From positions 804 to 64,803 of the IMG/VR virus record IMGVR_UViG_2841770359_000005: a DNA stretch of 64,000 nucleotides; one strand, written 5' to 3'. A program made the position numbers and the translations under genes. Source of the DNA: a virus (lineage: Duplodnaviria; Caudoviricetes). Of this stretch, positions 1 through 10,145 are shown in pieces; position 1 is the stretch's first letter, and each line of letters starts with the position of its first letter. The notes below the pieces were generated by a model that made no database searches, was not told the origin of the DNA, and saw only the letters and a list, made by a program, of their open reading frames with translations.

Positions 1-437
1 TTATCGGCAACAGCCAGTCCTTTAATCAAGATATTTGGTATTTTATATCCACACTCGACCAAATTTTCCAATATGCTCCGAACTTCATTGACCATCAGGC
101 AAGCCAATGTGAACCATCCCATCATGGTCAAAAATGACAGGTCTATATGTAGTAAATCATTTCCCATGTTCACAAACACAGCGGATACCAAAAACGCCAC
201 TGCAATAATGACCCAGTATCCCAGTTTTTTTATAATACCTTTCAGACCAATTGCGCTTGATTCCTGCTTCATTTTTCTGGATTTATACCACCCAGTCAGC
301 CAGTCCAAGATGTTCAGTACCAGATATCCCATAAAGATATACCAAAACGCCCCGAAAATCGCCGACAGTATTGTAACCGCAGCTCCCACACATACATTGT
401 ATAAATCAATCACTTTATTCACACTCATTCTCTTCAT
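1..437 (-). CDS. Phage holin (toxin-secretion/phage-lysis family), 3' end off window
   Basis: Own translation: MKRMSVNKV...LDWLTGWYKS...SSAIGLKGIIKKL...NEVRSILENL; hydrophobic segments; follows tail genes; absent from the ORF track because truncated. Confidence 0.9.
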   Translation of the reverse strand, partial: MKRMSVNKVIDLYNVCVGAAVTILSAIFGAFWYIFMGYLVLNILDWLTGWYKSRKMKQESSAIGLKGIIKKLGYWVIIAVAFLVSAVFVNMGNDLLHIDLSFLTMMGWFTLACLMVNEVRSILENLVECGYKIPNILIKGLAVAD

Positions 438-452
438 TTACCTCATCTCTTT

Positions 453-869
453 CTATTTTAATATTTCTTTCCAGAGGGATTCTGTGCCAGCCACTCCCGG
501 CTCCCAGACATTGTTATCCACCAAACTCTCCCAGGTCTTACCCCCATGCGTCACCCTGTCACCAGTCATATAGGGATTGGTGCTGTCCGGCTGCTCCCAG
601 GGTAAGATTGCCCCGCCTGGATCTGTCAGGACTTTTGCATACAAACTCGACGTCGAGTCAGGGCGCCAGTCTCCCTGGCTGATGTGGTCCTGCAGCACCT
701 TATAGAGGATACCGTTGTACCTCACCCGGTCACCGGCTTTGTAGGCCACACCATCCCCAGACCATGCCCCAAACAACTCTGTGTACTGCAAGGCCATATA
801 ATCACTCATGGGCGCCGCATTGTCCTCGATCTGGCTACGTAACTCTCTTGCTCTCTCTATTACTCCCAT
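453..869 (-). CDS. Small tail-associated protein with two CBM5/12-like carbohydrate-binding modules
   Basis: AWSGDGVAYKAGDRVRYNG..YKVLQ.H and W....Y.TGDRVTH.GKTW motifs. Confidence 0.7.
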   Translation of the reverse strand: MGVIERARELRSQIEDNAAPMSDYMALQYTELFGAWSGDGVAYKAGDRVRYNGILYKVLQDHISQGDWRPDSTSSLYAKVLTDPGGAILPWEQPDSTNPYMTGDRVTHGGKTWESLVDNNVWEPGVAGTESLWKEILK

Positions 870-871
870 GC

Positions 872-1204
872 TTATACCTCCTCTCCCAGTAAGATTTTTC
901 CAGCCAGAGCATACTCCGCATCTGTCGGCACATCTCCGGTAATGGTCTCGGACAGATAAAAATGGACCGTCAGCGTACCATCCGGATTAGTTACCACCTG
1001 CATACTGTCCATCACTGCTCCATGCAGGGTGTTGAGCGGGGTATCATCATCCCGGGTGATGCGTACCTCTGTGAGGTTGTCCGGAGTAAGCTGTGCCCAG
1101 GTGTCTATAAGGGCCTGCCGAGTGTCGCAAATTAAAACGACGGCCCCTGTGTAAGAGCCGTCTACGATTGGGATTGTGGTCCCGTCTTTCAGTATCATGT
1201 TCAT
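872..1204 (-). CDS. Hypothetical phage tail-region protein
   Basis: AAAGGAG RBS before ATG at 1204; position between fibre genes and lysis genes. Confidence 0.7.
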   Translation of the reverse strand: MNMILKDGTTIPIVDGSYTGAVVLICDTRQALIDTWAQLTPDNLTEVRITRDDDTPLNTLHGAVMDSMQVVTNPDGTLTVHFYLSETITGDVPTDAEYALAGKILLGEEV

Positions 1205-1221
1205 GTTGTTCTCCTTTCTTA

Positions 1222-4200
1222 TCAGGTGCAGAAGCAGAGCACAACGCCAAATTCGACATATGAAGTCCATCTATCTACACTTCCATTATCTGAAACTATA
1301 TCATAATACCCGGCGCTTCTCGCATTTCGTAACCACCAAATACTATTTTGAGAATACCCTACTTTTTTCTTGACTCTACTCGCATTGTTTGGGAACAATG
1401 ACTGATATAGACATGGAGAATTGCTAAGCTCTTTATTATTTGGAATCCACATGTCATCTACAGTATTTTGTACGAAGTATTTTCCTTCAACGTCGTAAGC
1501 CGAACTAGTTTTGTTCACCTCTACAATATTATTACGGACTATCTCAGGGACAAGAAGCTTGATGGTGTCTTTTAGATATCTGCGCAGCTCACATTTTTCC
1601 CAACCGCCAACAGCACCGGTTCCCTCTTGGTATGTGCCATCTTCATTAACTGTAAATTTTGGATTCATCCTATGGAAAGTTTTAGGCAGCTCTCTCCCAA
1701 TCCAGGTAATAGGCGCCTTCCCGGTACCATCGGCTTTGTCATCCGCGTCAAACGCTGCAATCTGCATATTGATAATACCTTCATCCCCTAGATCCAGCGG
1801 CTTATAATCAGATATCTGGTACTTTTCCTTATACGTTCCGTCTGCCTCGGCCGCAAAGATTTCTTCCCAGGTGTCGGTAATTTCTCGCGGGCCGCGGAGG
1901 CAGAATGATAGCGCTATACGAAAGGTATTTAAAGACAAGGAAACTTGAAATTCCCCGTCTGGTTGAACAGAATCAAATCTTTCTTTGAATGTAATTCTTG
2001 TATTTCTAAGTGACCAAGTGCTCGCTGAATCAGTTCCTACAATATATTTTATTTTGTCTGTTTTGTTTTTAAATAATTTATTATATTCTGAAATTTCTAA
2101 ATATCCCGGTATCCATATAATGTCATGTGTTGTCTGTTCATATATATTTCCATATATATCATTCGCTTCTTGTATCTTTGTAACTTCTGCTAAACGGTCT
2201 CTTATTACATCACAAATCAGGGGATCGACTGTTTCTTTCAAATAACTACGCATCTCGCTCTTTTCCCATCCCCCAATTGATCCAGTGCCCTCTTTATATG
2301 TACCATCTACATTTGTAACTAAGCTCGGGTTCATTCTATGTGGAGTTTTCAGCAGTTCCTTCCCAATAAAAGTAATTGGTGCCTTACCTGTTCCATCTGC
2401 AAGATCATCCACATCAAATTCAGCAATCTGCATGTTAATAATACCCTCTGCTCCAAGGTCAAGCGGCTTGTAATTACCTATTTTATATTTGGACTTATAG
2501 GTACCATTATCAATGTTTGCAATAATGGTCGCCCAGTCATCTGATATTTCTTTTACCTCCACTGGACTGCCAAACTGTGCATAACAGCTTGTGTTGCCAG
2601 TGATATTTTTGCCAGTCGGATTCCAGCTCTCAAAAGGATAGTCCTCCGCACTACCATCTGGACTTACCGGAGTATCCCCTGTATAAGTGGCACTACCACC
2701 ATAAGGTACATTATCCACCCTCTGCAGCAAGGTCGAGCCATTGTAAAAATACACTGTATACTTACGTACCGTGGCCGTAAACGCCGCATACACACTCCTG
2801 TCTGCTGTGACAGCCTGTAAAGCTGTGCTGTCCGCAGCCCCTCCCGGCTTTTTACTCCAGCCACTAAAGCTGTAGGTATACTGTGCTGTACTGGTCTTAG
2901 TCGGCGTGCTACCGCTGTAGGTGCCGTTACCACCATCCACGATAGCCTGAGTGTAGAGGAGCGTGCTGCCATCCTCATTGTAAAAATAGAGATTACTTGT
3001 GATATGCTCATAAGCCACCCGGATATCCGGATACTTGCCGGCAATCTCAGCAAGCTGTGCACCGGTCACGGTATCAACTGATATGGTACCGGATACCTGC
3101 GCCATGTCGGTGTTATTGCCGGACTCATCCAGTCCCCTCATGGTGTCAAGCAAGGCAATAATCGCCATCAATGTATCTGCATCACCTGCCGCCCAGTCTA
3201 TACCTATCAGACGTACCCTGCTGTTGGCCGGGATTGCCTCCAGGATGGCTTTACTGTCCACTGCCGTGCTTACGTTTTCCAGCCGGAGTGTTGATATACC
3301 GGCATAAGACGGTATGGACAGATCGGTGAGTGACGCCTGATTGCGGATTGTCAGGTTGGTTATGGTTGCTGGCAGATGCAGAGTTTTGAGGATACCGCCT
3401 ACCGGTAACAGTAACCCTGTGATACCGGTACCCTCAAAGTATACATGTTCCAGATTGGTACACCCAGATACGTCCACAGCCTGAACAAGATTCGGGCAGT
3501 TGCGCACGTCCAAAGTCCTCAACAGGACGTTATTGCCCAGGTGCAGGTCCGTCAGATTGGTATTGCTGTAGGTATCACTGGCGTCTCCCAGTTTGAGAGA
3601 CTGCAGCTTGGTGGCAAGCGCAAACTCTGCATAACCTACCATAAGCCCCGACAGGTCTCCCACATCTTTGAGCTGTGATGCACTGTAGATGTAGATCTCG
3701 GTATCATTTACGTTGTCGAGCGGGCAGATCAGGGTGTAGCTGTTACCCCGGAGCGCCCGCTGCTGAACCAGATAGGAACCGTACTTGACCGATGCGTAGA
3801 TGTCTGCGTAAGGTGTCACTGTTATGTCCGCCTTGGCGTAACCCCTGACTGTGATCACATCACTCAGGGCATCCCCGGCGTTGTATTTACTGTCCAGATA
3901 CCGGTACCGGTTATAGAGCCACCACTTACGCTGCTCTGCTTTGGATCCCTGGAGCATGGAGAGATAGGCAGCGCTGTTGTCATCTATGAGCGGCGCCAAA
4001 TATTTAAAATAGCTATCTTCATTAAATACCGCCTCGGGCCATTTTGCCTGGTGCTCCTCAAATCTGCGCTCCGTGTCCTCATAGGACAACTTGCCGGTTG
4101 ACCGGAGCGTCTGGTACATGGCCTTGATTTCATCCTGATAAGCCTGCCGGAGATTGGTCCAGAGCACACTATGCTGACCGTTGTAGACATCTGCACCGGC

Positions 4201-4305
4201 CACCTGGTCGATGTCCTCCAACTCATAGCCAAATACCAACGAGCCTTCATTATTGATACCCAGCCCAGTATCGAAGTCATACGGTAAAAAGCACCACTTA
4301 CCCAT
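1222..4305 (-). CDS. Tail/receptor-binding protein: C-terminal part of a CotH-like domain, LRR-like stretch, two B-repeat-like units, two tandem DUF6273-like (CLec-type) domains
   Basis: Starts MGKWCFLPYDFD after GGAGGTGA RBS; internal duplication (EISDDW...GGWEKSEMR / EITDTW...GGWEKCELR) ending W.LR...FC. Confidence 0.75.
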   Translation of the reverse strand: MGKWCFLPYDFDTGLGINNEGSLVFGYELEDIDQVAGADVYNGQHSVLWTNLRQAYQDEIKAMYQTLRSTGKLSYEDTERRFEEHQAKWPEAVFNEDSYFKYLAPLIDDNSAAYLSMLQGSKAEQRKWWLYNRYRYLDSKYNAGDALSDVITVRGYAKADITVTPYADIYASVKYGSYLVQQRALRGNSYTLICPLDNVNDTEIYIYSASQLKDVGDLSGLMVGYAEFALATKLQSLKLGDASDTYSNTNLTDLHLGNNVLLRTLDVRNCPNLVQAVDVSGCTNLEHVYFEGTGITGLLLPVGGILKTLHLPATITNLTIRNQASLTDLSIPSYAGISTLRLENVSTAVDSKAILEAIPANSRVRLIGIDWAAGDADTLMAIIALLDTMRGLDESGNNTDMAQVSGTISVDTVTGAQLAEIAGKYPDIRVAYEHITSNLYFYNEDGSTLLYTQAIVDGGNGTYSGSTPTKTSTAQYTYSFSGWSKKPGGAADSTALQAVTADRSVYAAFTATVRKYTVYFYNGSTLLQRVDNVPYGGSATYTGDTPVSPDGSAEDYPFESWNPTGKNITGNTSCYAQFGSPVEVKEISDDWATIIANIDNGTYKSKYKIGNYKPLDLGAEGIINMQIAEFDVDDLADGTGKAPITFIGKELLKTPHRMNPSLVTNVDGTYKEGTGSIGGWEKSEMRSYLKETVDPLICDVIRDRLAEVTKIQEANDIYGNIYEQTTHDIIWIPGYLEISEYNKLFKNKTDKIKYIVGTDSASTWSLRNTRITFKERFDSVQPDGEFQVSLSLNTFRIALSFCLRGPREITDTWEEIFAAEADGTYKEKYQISDYKPLDLGDEGIINMQIAAFDADDKADGTGKAPITWIGRELPKTFHRMNPKFTVNEDGTYQEGTGAVGGWEKCELRRYLKDTIKLLVPEIVRNNIVEVNKTSSAYDVEGKYFVQNTVDDMWIPNNKELSNSPCLYQSLFPNNASRVKKKVGYSQNSIWWLRNARSAGYYDIVSDNGSVDRWTSYVEFGVVLCFCT

Positions 4306-7300
4306 TGCTATCACCTCCTGCAAATATCGTTGGGAACATATTTTTTGCTCTGGAATCCACCATCAAAAACAACTCTGTAAATAGATAGTAAAAACAGGCG
4401 CTGTCCACCTCAATGTGATCTGGCAACTCCGCCTTAAACTTTGCTAACCGGTACTCCGCTGTGTCTGCAGTGTACTCCACGCCTCCATAAGTTACCGGTG
4501 TTTCCAATGTTGCGCCGGTTGCCGCCTCCTGATCGGTACTCACCAACCAGACTGATAAGGCACTAAGCTGCGCCGGATCCGTGTTGCCGTCCGGATATCG
4601 TCCCTCAAAGTCATTGAGCCATGCATCATTTACAAAATCAGCAGACTTCCAGAGGACACGGCTGCTGGTGTTGTTTAATATCTCCCAGGATTCATCACCG
4701 GCCTGAAATCCATATACCTCTTCCGTCCCCTTGTCATTATTAAAGTTATATTTGCCCATGAAGGCTGTGCTGTTTCCGTTACTCCAAAATACCACGATTG
4801 GAAACCCGTCAATACCCTGGCGGACCTTCGGATCTACTGCCTGTGGCGGCGTCTTATATGGACATGCATCGTTATAGAGCCTTACCAACTCAACGTTGTT
4901 GGCTCCCTCACTGGATGCAACGTCCGCCTTAAAAGTATAGGTGCTGGTCGGGATGGCATCTGCATTGATGGTATAATTGGGGGCCGCTGTACCATCTGCC
5001 AGCGTAAATCCACCCTTAAAGTCAATCTTATAATTTTTACGGGCATAATACTGGCTACTGGTACCCTGTACATTGGCCTGCGCTCCCGTAAAGGTAAAGT
5101 CCTTTGATGGATGCAGTGGGTCCACATAGTATCCGGATACCGTCTTTTTGTCCCCTTTGTACTGTGGGAGTTCTGTGGCCTCAAGTACCAGGTATGGCAG
5201 GTCCTTGGGTAACTGTGATATGACAATCTGACCGTACGCATCAAAGACATTATTATGCTGGTATCTCTCCAACATCTCATCCACGTCCTGGGTGTCGGCA
5301 ATCCAGTTGTTGAGCATCTGATATCGTGTCAGGTCATTGTTATATACCCGGACACAATATAGATCTATGGTGCAGTCATTGGAGCCAATGCTGATATCCA
5401 CCGGCGTTGTCTGCGCAAAGTCATCATCCTGCGGATACTGCACGGTCCCGGACATAACTCCGTTGATATAGCAGTAGATCAGACGATGCTCGGCGCGCTT
5501 TTCGACCGCAAAACTTATCCGGACATGCTCGTCCTCCTTATATTGAGTGCTGATTTCCGACTGCTCCGATTTAAGCACAGCTTTCTGGGCCGTCAACTGT
5601 ATACCTCTGTTGCCTGACATGCAGGACACTACCACAGCGTCATAATCCATGACATCACGGGTCGCAAATTCCAGCTCAATTGTCTTGCCGCTGGTCCTAA
5701 AATCCTGGGCAAAGGCCTTGTACGGTATTGCCAGCCTTGCATCACCAGCAACCCGCAGTACAGTGTTATTATCCTTGTCAAGTTGCCACCCATCTGAGCT
5801 GTAGTTAAATCCGGCAAACACTGCCTGGATGTCTCCATAACTCCATGTGCCAGGATCTGCCTCATTGTTGCTACGGCCATAACTACTTAAGTATAGGGAT
5901 AAGTCCTGTGTCTCTGCTCCGATATCCATACTGCTCTCAGTGATAGTCAGGGCAATGGTCTTACGCACTGCTCCGCAGACAATGTCCAGTGTCAGTGCTC
6001 CCACGCTGTCTGCCCGGTATGTCCAGATTTGCCGTGTTCGGTCCACGGTAAGGGCAGCTACTTGCTTGCCGTTGGCAGACAAGGTTATGGCAGACGTCAT
6101 GCTCACTGGGTTGTAGACCATGTACGGGATAACGATGGATGCATACTGCTCCGCTGTGCCTCCCCTGTAGGTGCTTGTTATGATTGGTGCATCCTCCCCG
6201 GCTACGGTGCAGATCAGCTCGTAATACAGCTCATTGGACTTAATCTCTACGCCATCCACAACTGCCGTAAAATACACCAACAGACTATGTGCTCCGTGGC
6301 TCTGGGCCGGGATGACATAGGACTGCTGGCGGCCGGATGCAGATACCTCTGCTGTGCCCAGCTCCGTACCGTCTACCACAAAGTGCATGGTTTTGACAAC
6401 ATTACCGACCGGAGTATAGGTGTAAGTGATAGGTCCGCTGTAAGGCACACTGGCATCAAAGGTAGATGATACGCTGACATCCACCACGGATACACTGTAG
6501 TTAATGGTCCGGCCATTGCCATATGCGTCGGTCACATTGACTTTGACCATGTTGGCGCCGGTGGACAGATATTTGCCAATATCCACGGTTACAGCGCCCT
6601 GGGCCACATCCTGGGTGGTCTTGACCAGACCATTGATTGTGACTTTGAGCGTGCCGTTGCCGGTCGGCAGGTCGTCCTCCAGAGACGTCCACGTAAGGCT
6701 GATAGCACACTCTGCCCCGGATGCGATAGACTTAGACAGCCAGCCGCTTGTATTTGATACGGTCAGCACGGCATTGTTACCGGTGCCGCCGCCTCCACCT
6801 CCGCCCGAAAACGGTCCCAATGGTCCCTCAATCACTTCATTGCCGCTGGTCAGAAATAGGTATCCATCCTCTAAATAAGCTCCGTCTATTTTGCCATCGA
6901 GCATCAGCTTTATAGCGTTCTGACTCTCATCCAGAGCACGGACGGAGTTGGTGACATCCGCGATATCCCCAGACAGGTTACTGGCGTTAGCCTCTAGCGT
7001 TTTTATGGACTGGGTATTGTCTGTGATGTTTTTGGTGTTGGTGGTGACTTTTCGTTCTACCGCCTCCAGATCCTGGTCAATCTGCGCAAGGACCTCATCT
7101 TTCATCTTGACAATATCCTGGTTGGCTGCCTGCAATCCCGCCTGCAGACCTGCAATATCACCCTGATTTTGCAATATGGCTTTCTCATCTGCTGTGATGT
7201 CGGCTGTATTTTTATCGATTGTCGCCTGGATCCGATCAATAATAATCTGCTGGGCCTCCTGATAGTTGTTGGATTCCTGCCGCAGGATCTCAATGTCTGC

Positions 7301-7441
7301 TGATGTTGCAATCAATATAACCTGTCCTGCAGCGTGACAATACCAGGCGTTGCCTGTATCCGTGGCAATCGCAAACTCACCGACCTGCAGTCTGGATGGG
7401 ATAAACTGCTCTTCCAGCCCCCGTCTATTTCTGATTGCCAT
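4298..7441 (-). CDS. Large tail-fibre/structural protein: N-terminal attachment domain, coiled coil, beta-rich domains, N-terminal part of a CotH-kinase-like domain
   Basis: QGTSSQYYARKNYK, G.YNFNNDK and DSRAKN motifs; N-terminus GEFAIATDTG shared with the DGR target of prophage 2. Confidence 0.7.
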   Translation of the reverse strand: MAIRNRRGLEEQFIPSRLQVGEFAIATDTGNAWYCHAAGQVILIATSADIEILRQESNNYQEAQQIIIDRIQATIDKNTADITADEKAILQNQGDIAGLQAGLQAANQDIVKMKDEVLAQIDQDLEAVERKVTTNTKNITDNTQSIKTLEANASNLSGDIADVTNSVRALDESQNAIKLMLDGKIDGAYLEDGYLFLTSGNEVIEGPLGPFSGGGGGGGTGNNAVLTVSNTSGWLSKSIASGAECAISLTWTSLEDDLPTGNGTLKVTINGLVKTTQDVAQGAVTVDIGKYLSTGANMVKVNVTDAYGNGRTINYSVSVVDVSVSSTFDASVPYSGPITYTYTPVGNVVKTMHFVVDGTELGTAEVSASGRQQSYVIPAQSHGAHSLLVYFTAVVDGVEIKSNELYYELICTVAGEDAPIITSTYRGGTAEQYASIVIPYMVYNPVSMTSAITLSANGKQVAALTVDRTRQIWTYRADSVGALTLDIVCGAVRKTIALTITESSMDIGAETQDLSLYLSSYGRSNNEADPGTWSYGDIQAVFAGFNYSSDGWQLDKDNNTVLRVAGDARLAIPYKAFAQDFRTSGKTIELEFATRDVMDYDAVVVSCMSGNRGIQLTAQKAVLKSEQSEISTQYKEDEHVRISFAVEKRAEHRLIYCYINGVMSGTVQYPQDDDFAQTTPVDISIGSNDCTIDLYCVRVYNNDLTRYQMLNNWIADTQDVDEMLERYQHNNVFDAYGQIVISQLPKDLPYLVLEATELPQYKGDKKTVSGYYVDPLHPSKDFTFTGAQANVQGTSSQYYARKNYKIDFKGGFTLADGTAAPNYTINADAIPTSTYTFKADVASSEGANNVELVRLYNDACPYKTPPQAVDPKVRQGIDGFPIVVFWSNGNSTAFMGKYNFNNDKGTEEVYGFQAGDESWEILNNTSSRVLWKSADFVNDAWLNDFEGRYPDGNTDPAQLSALSVWLVSTDQEAATGATLETPVTYGGVEYTADTAEYRLAKFKAELPDHIEVDSACFYYLFTELFLMVDSRAKNMFPTIFAGGDSNG

Positions 7442-7443
7442 GA

Positions 7444-7638
7444 TTAATCACCTGCCAGTCTATTCTGGTTGATATAGTCCTCAATTACTTTAATTGCTGC
7501 TTGCAGTTCCGGATCAACTGCATAAAAACTATCCCTTGCATTGCGGTCTGTTATATTTCCCTCTTCATTTGTTTCAACGTATGCACTGGATATTCTGCGT
7601 TCTCCGCTAATCACCTGAAACGACCTTAAAATTTTCAT
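7444..7638 (-). CDS. Small hypothetical tail protein
   Basis: 64-aa ORF coupled between two tail genes. Confidence 0.65.
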   Translation of the reverse strand: MKILRSFQVISGERRISSAYVETNEEGNITDRNARDSFYAVDPELQAAIKVIEDYINQNRLAGD

Positions 7639-10141
7639 TTATCAGTTCCTCCATTTCCTTGTCATGCACTTCCAGTTCATGTTCAAATATATCCTGCAAT
7701 TCCTTATCATAATTGTCTGGATCCATTTCGTCTTGTAACTCGCAATCCTCCAGTCGCAGATACTCATAATCCTTCTGCACTACTTTTATTTCCCAGGAAA
7801 ACGGAAGGTTGGAGGTTCCTTTTACAACAAAAAAGGCAGAGGTTTTTTCCTCTACCCAAATGTCTCCCGCTCCCTCTTTCTGTAAAAATACTGAATAACC
7901 CGCACCTATATTAACCGTCTCATGGAAAATATCGTCTATGGATACATAGCATATGCCACCTTCATCAGTCCGGCCAGTTCCAATATCCCCAAAATATGGC
8001 GTTGGTGTTTCATAACAGTATAAAAGCCGATTACCATAGTTCTTTGTCTCTGCTATTCTGGATTTTTCTCCCCAGACTTCTAATTGATACGCTTTAACCT
8101 TTCCTGAAAAATCCGCAGCCACTCCGCTTAGAGAGCTGCATCTTATATCTCCAGTGTTCAATTTCTCTTGAATATAAACCGTAGGATTACTGGAAGATAG
8201 CGCCTTGACTGTTACGCCATCAGCCTGTACATATATGCTACTTAATTTCTCATTTGTGTCACTGCTCCCCATGTAAAGCTGAGTGTCTGTATTCATTTTC
8301 ATGATAGGACGCCCTTTTTCTGCAGTTGCACTTGCCATGTCAATCCTGCCTTTGATAAAAGGATAACTCGTTATCATTTTTCCGTTGGCGACTGAAAATG
8401 CGTAGGTATAAATTTTCCCGCCTACATTTTCTGTCCCAACCAAGTTTATGGAGCCATCCTTTATAATTATCCCATCTTCATCCCAGCGGCCTATTACTGC
8501 ATTCATTATGTCGCCTGTTGACGTTGTGGTACTTCTCAGGATTTCCATTATTCCTACTGATTTGCCATCTTTCTTTCCGAGTGTCAGAGTGCCACCGCTG
8601 GCCCAGTCAAAACTTATCCCAATGGCCGCTATGACATTGGCTACAATATTGGCATCTTTATCCATACCTCCTACATAGGTCTTGCCACCGTCACGGGATA
8701 TAAAAAAACCGTCTATCGTCTTTTTGTACACAATTGTGCTATCAGACAACAGGGGTTTATCATGCATATAATTGATTGTGCTGCCATCAGATTGCATCTC
8801 TGATGTCTCATAGTACCCCATAGCATTGATTGCAAGGCTATTGAGCTGATTTACATAGTCGGCATACTCAGATAACTTTTGTTGGCTATCCTTCTTTATG
8901 TCCGACACGATTTTATTAATTTCGGCGTACCGGTCAGCACTGTGCCTGGCTGCCGGTTCCGCATCACAGGAGATGCTTGCATATCCACCCGTGCTGTATG
9001 TGATATTGGTCAGATAAGTATAATAACTATTGCCCTTGCGGTCCGTCACTACTGCAGCATCACCAGCTTCCCAGGACGGGTCCCCGATAGCCGACGCCTG
9101 AAATGGCCTGAACCGCATCCCCACAACACGCCCCGCCAGATACTCCGCTACATCTTTGGCCTTGCCAGCCTCGATCAGGGGATTGCCGGATACGTCCAAG
9201 ACATATCCTTCGGCTCCGCAGAGGTAGGTCTCACCCTCTATCTTTTTTCCGGCTGTGTCCTCACTGTCGGCTGCAGTCACCCGGATACCGGTGATCACTA
9301 CGTCCTCTGTGCTGACTGACAAGCTGCTGAAGCTATAGATATGGTGGTATAGCAGAGCATCCGTAAAGGTCCCGCCGTCTGCAGTATCGCCACTGGAGTA
9401 ATCCGTAAAGTTGCCGCCGTCCAGGTTAGCGCCGGTTTGGTAACTGCTCTCTGTGGTCTCATCAAACACACCGCCATCAATAATCCCGTCAAAGGCTGCC
9501 GTATCAAACCACTTAAATTCCAGGCGACCATCCACGTTACACCGGGCGTAGCATCCGGCCAGCAGAGCACAGTAGGCAATAATGGCACGATAGGTTATGT
9601 TGGTGGTGTCCGTAAATGGGTTCTTATTTATCTGATACCGGAAGTTTGGGAACTCCCCATTGACCAGCAATACACCGCACTGAGTACAGCAATACTGCAC
9701 TATGGATTGCAAAGTGGACGGGAAGCCTATGCCGCCGTCGTATGCCTGATCAAACTTGCTCATGTTGTCCAGGGCTTTGAGTGTGATCACGCCAGGGGTA
9801 GTCGTCGGGTCCGTGGCGTTAAACACGCCTTTTTTTAACCATTCTATTCTGTCATCCAAAGGCATCCCTACCCAGACGGTCAGCACAGCGTCGGTAAAAT
9901 CGTAGTCTGAAAACGCATCAGCCCCATTAAAGACCATGATTGTAAGCTGATTGATAATTGCAGTACCCACCTCAAACTTACTTGTGCCGCTCACGCCGTC
10001 AGCAATCTTGATACCTCCTGCCATGAGGTTTGTCTTGTCAAAGTCCAGTACAGTGCCATTTTTGAGCAGGCATGACGCCCTGGCAACAAAGCGTCTTTTT
10101 TCATTCAGTGCCTGTTTATACTCTGGGCTTGTGTTTATCAT
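7607..10141 (-). CDS. Tail tip/baseplate hub protein (Tal-like)
   Basis: Follows distal-tail gene; N-terminal half homologous to 46630-51336 (F.IG..I.N.LT, LDNMSK.D, RCN..G.LE.KWF). Confidence 0.8.
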   Translation of the reverse strand: MINTSPEYKQALNEKRRFVARASCLLKNGTVLDFDKTNLMAGGIKIADGVSGTSKFEVGTAIINQLTIMVFNGADAFSDYDFTDAVLTVWVGMPLDDRIEWLKKGVFNATDPTTTPGVITLKALDNMSKFDQAYDGGIGFPSTLQSIVQYCCTQCGVLLVNGEFPNFRYQINKNPFTDTTNITYRAIIAYCALLAGCYARCNVDGRLEFKWFDTAAFDGIIDGGVFDETTESSYQTGANLDGGNFTDYSSGDTADGGTFTDALLYHHIYSFSSLSVSTEDVVITGIRVTAADSEDTAGKKIEGETYLCGAEGYVLDVSGNPLIEAGKAKDVAEYLAGRVVGMRFRPFQASAIGDPSWEAGDAAVVTDRKGNSYYTYLTNITYSTGGYASISCDAEPAARHSADRYAEINKIVSDIKKDSQQKLSEYADYVNQLNSLAINAMGYYETSEMQSDGSTINYMHDKPLLSDSTIVYKKTIDGFFISRDGGKTYVGGMDKDANIVANVIAAIGISFDWASGGTLTLGKKDGKSVGIMEILRSTTTSTGDIMNAVIGRWDEDGIIIKDGSINLVGTENVGGKIYTYAFSVANGKMITSYPFIKGRIDMASATAEKGRPIMKMNTDTQLYMGSSDTNEKLSSIYVQADGVTVKALSSSNPTVYIQEKLNTGDIRCSSLSGVAADFSGKVKAYQLEVWGEKSRIAETKNYGNRLLYCYETPTPYFGDIGTGRTDEGGICYVSIDDIFHETVNIGAGYSVFLQKEGAGDIWVEEKTSAFFVVKGTSNLPFSWEIKVVQKDYEYLRLEDCELQDEMDPDNYDKELQDIFEHELEVHDKEMEELINENFKVVSGD

Positions 10142-10145
10142 GTCA

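Noticed and set aside
73-573. 166-aa + strand ORF and other long + strand ORFs over late genes (e.g. 11297-12499, 52302-53468)
   Set aside because: Antisense shadows of the holin and tape-measure genes.
1222-1340. Second VR for the prophage-2 TR
   Set aside because: No nucleotide similarity to the TR by eye.
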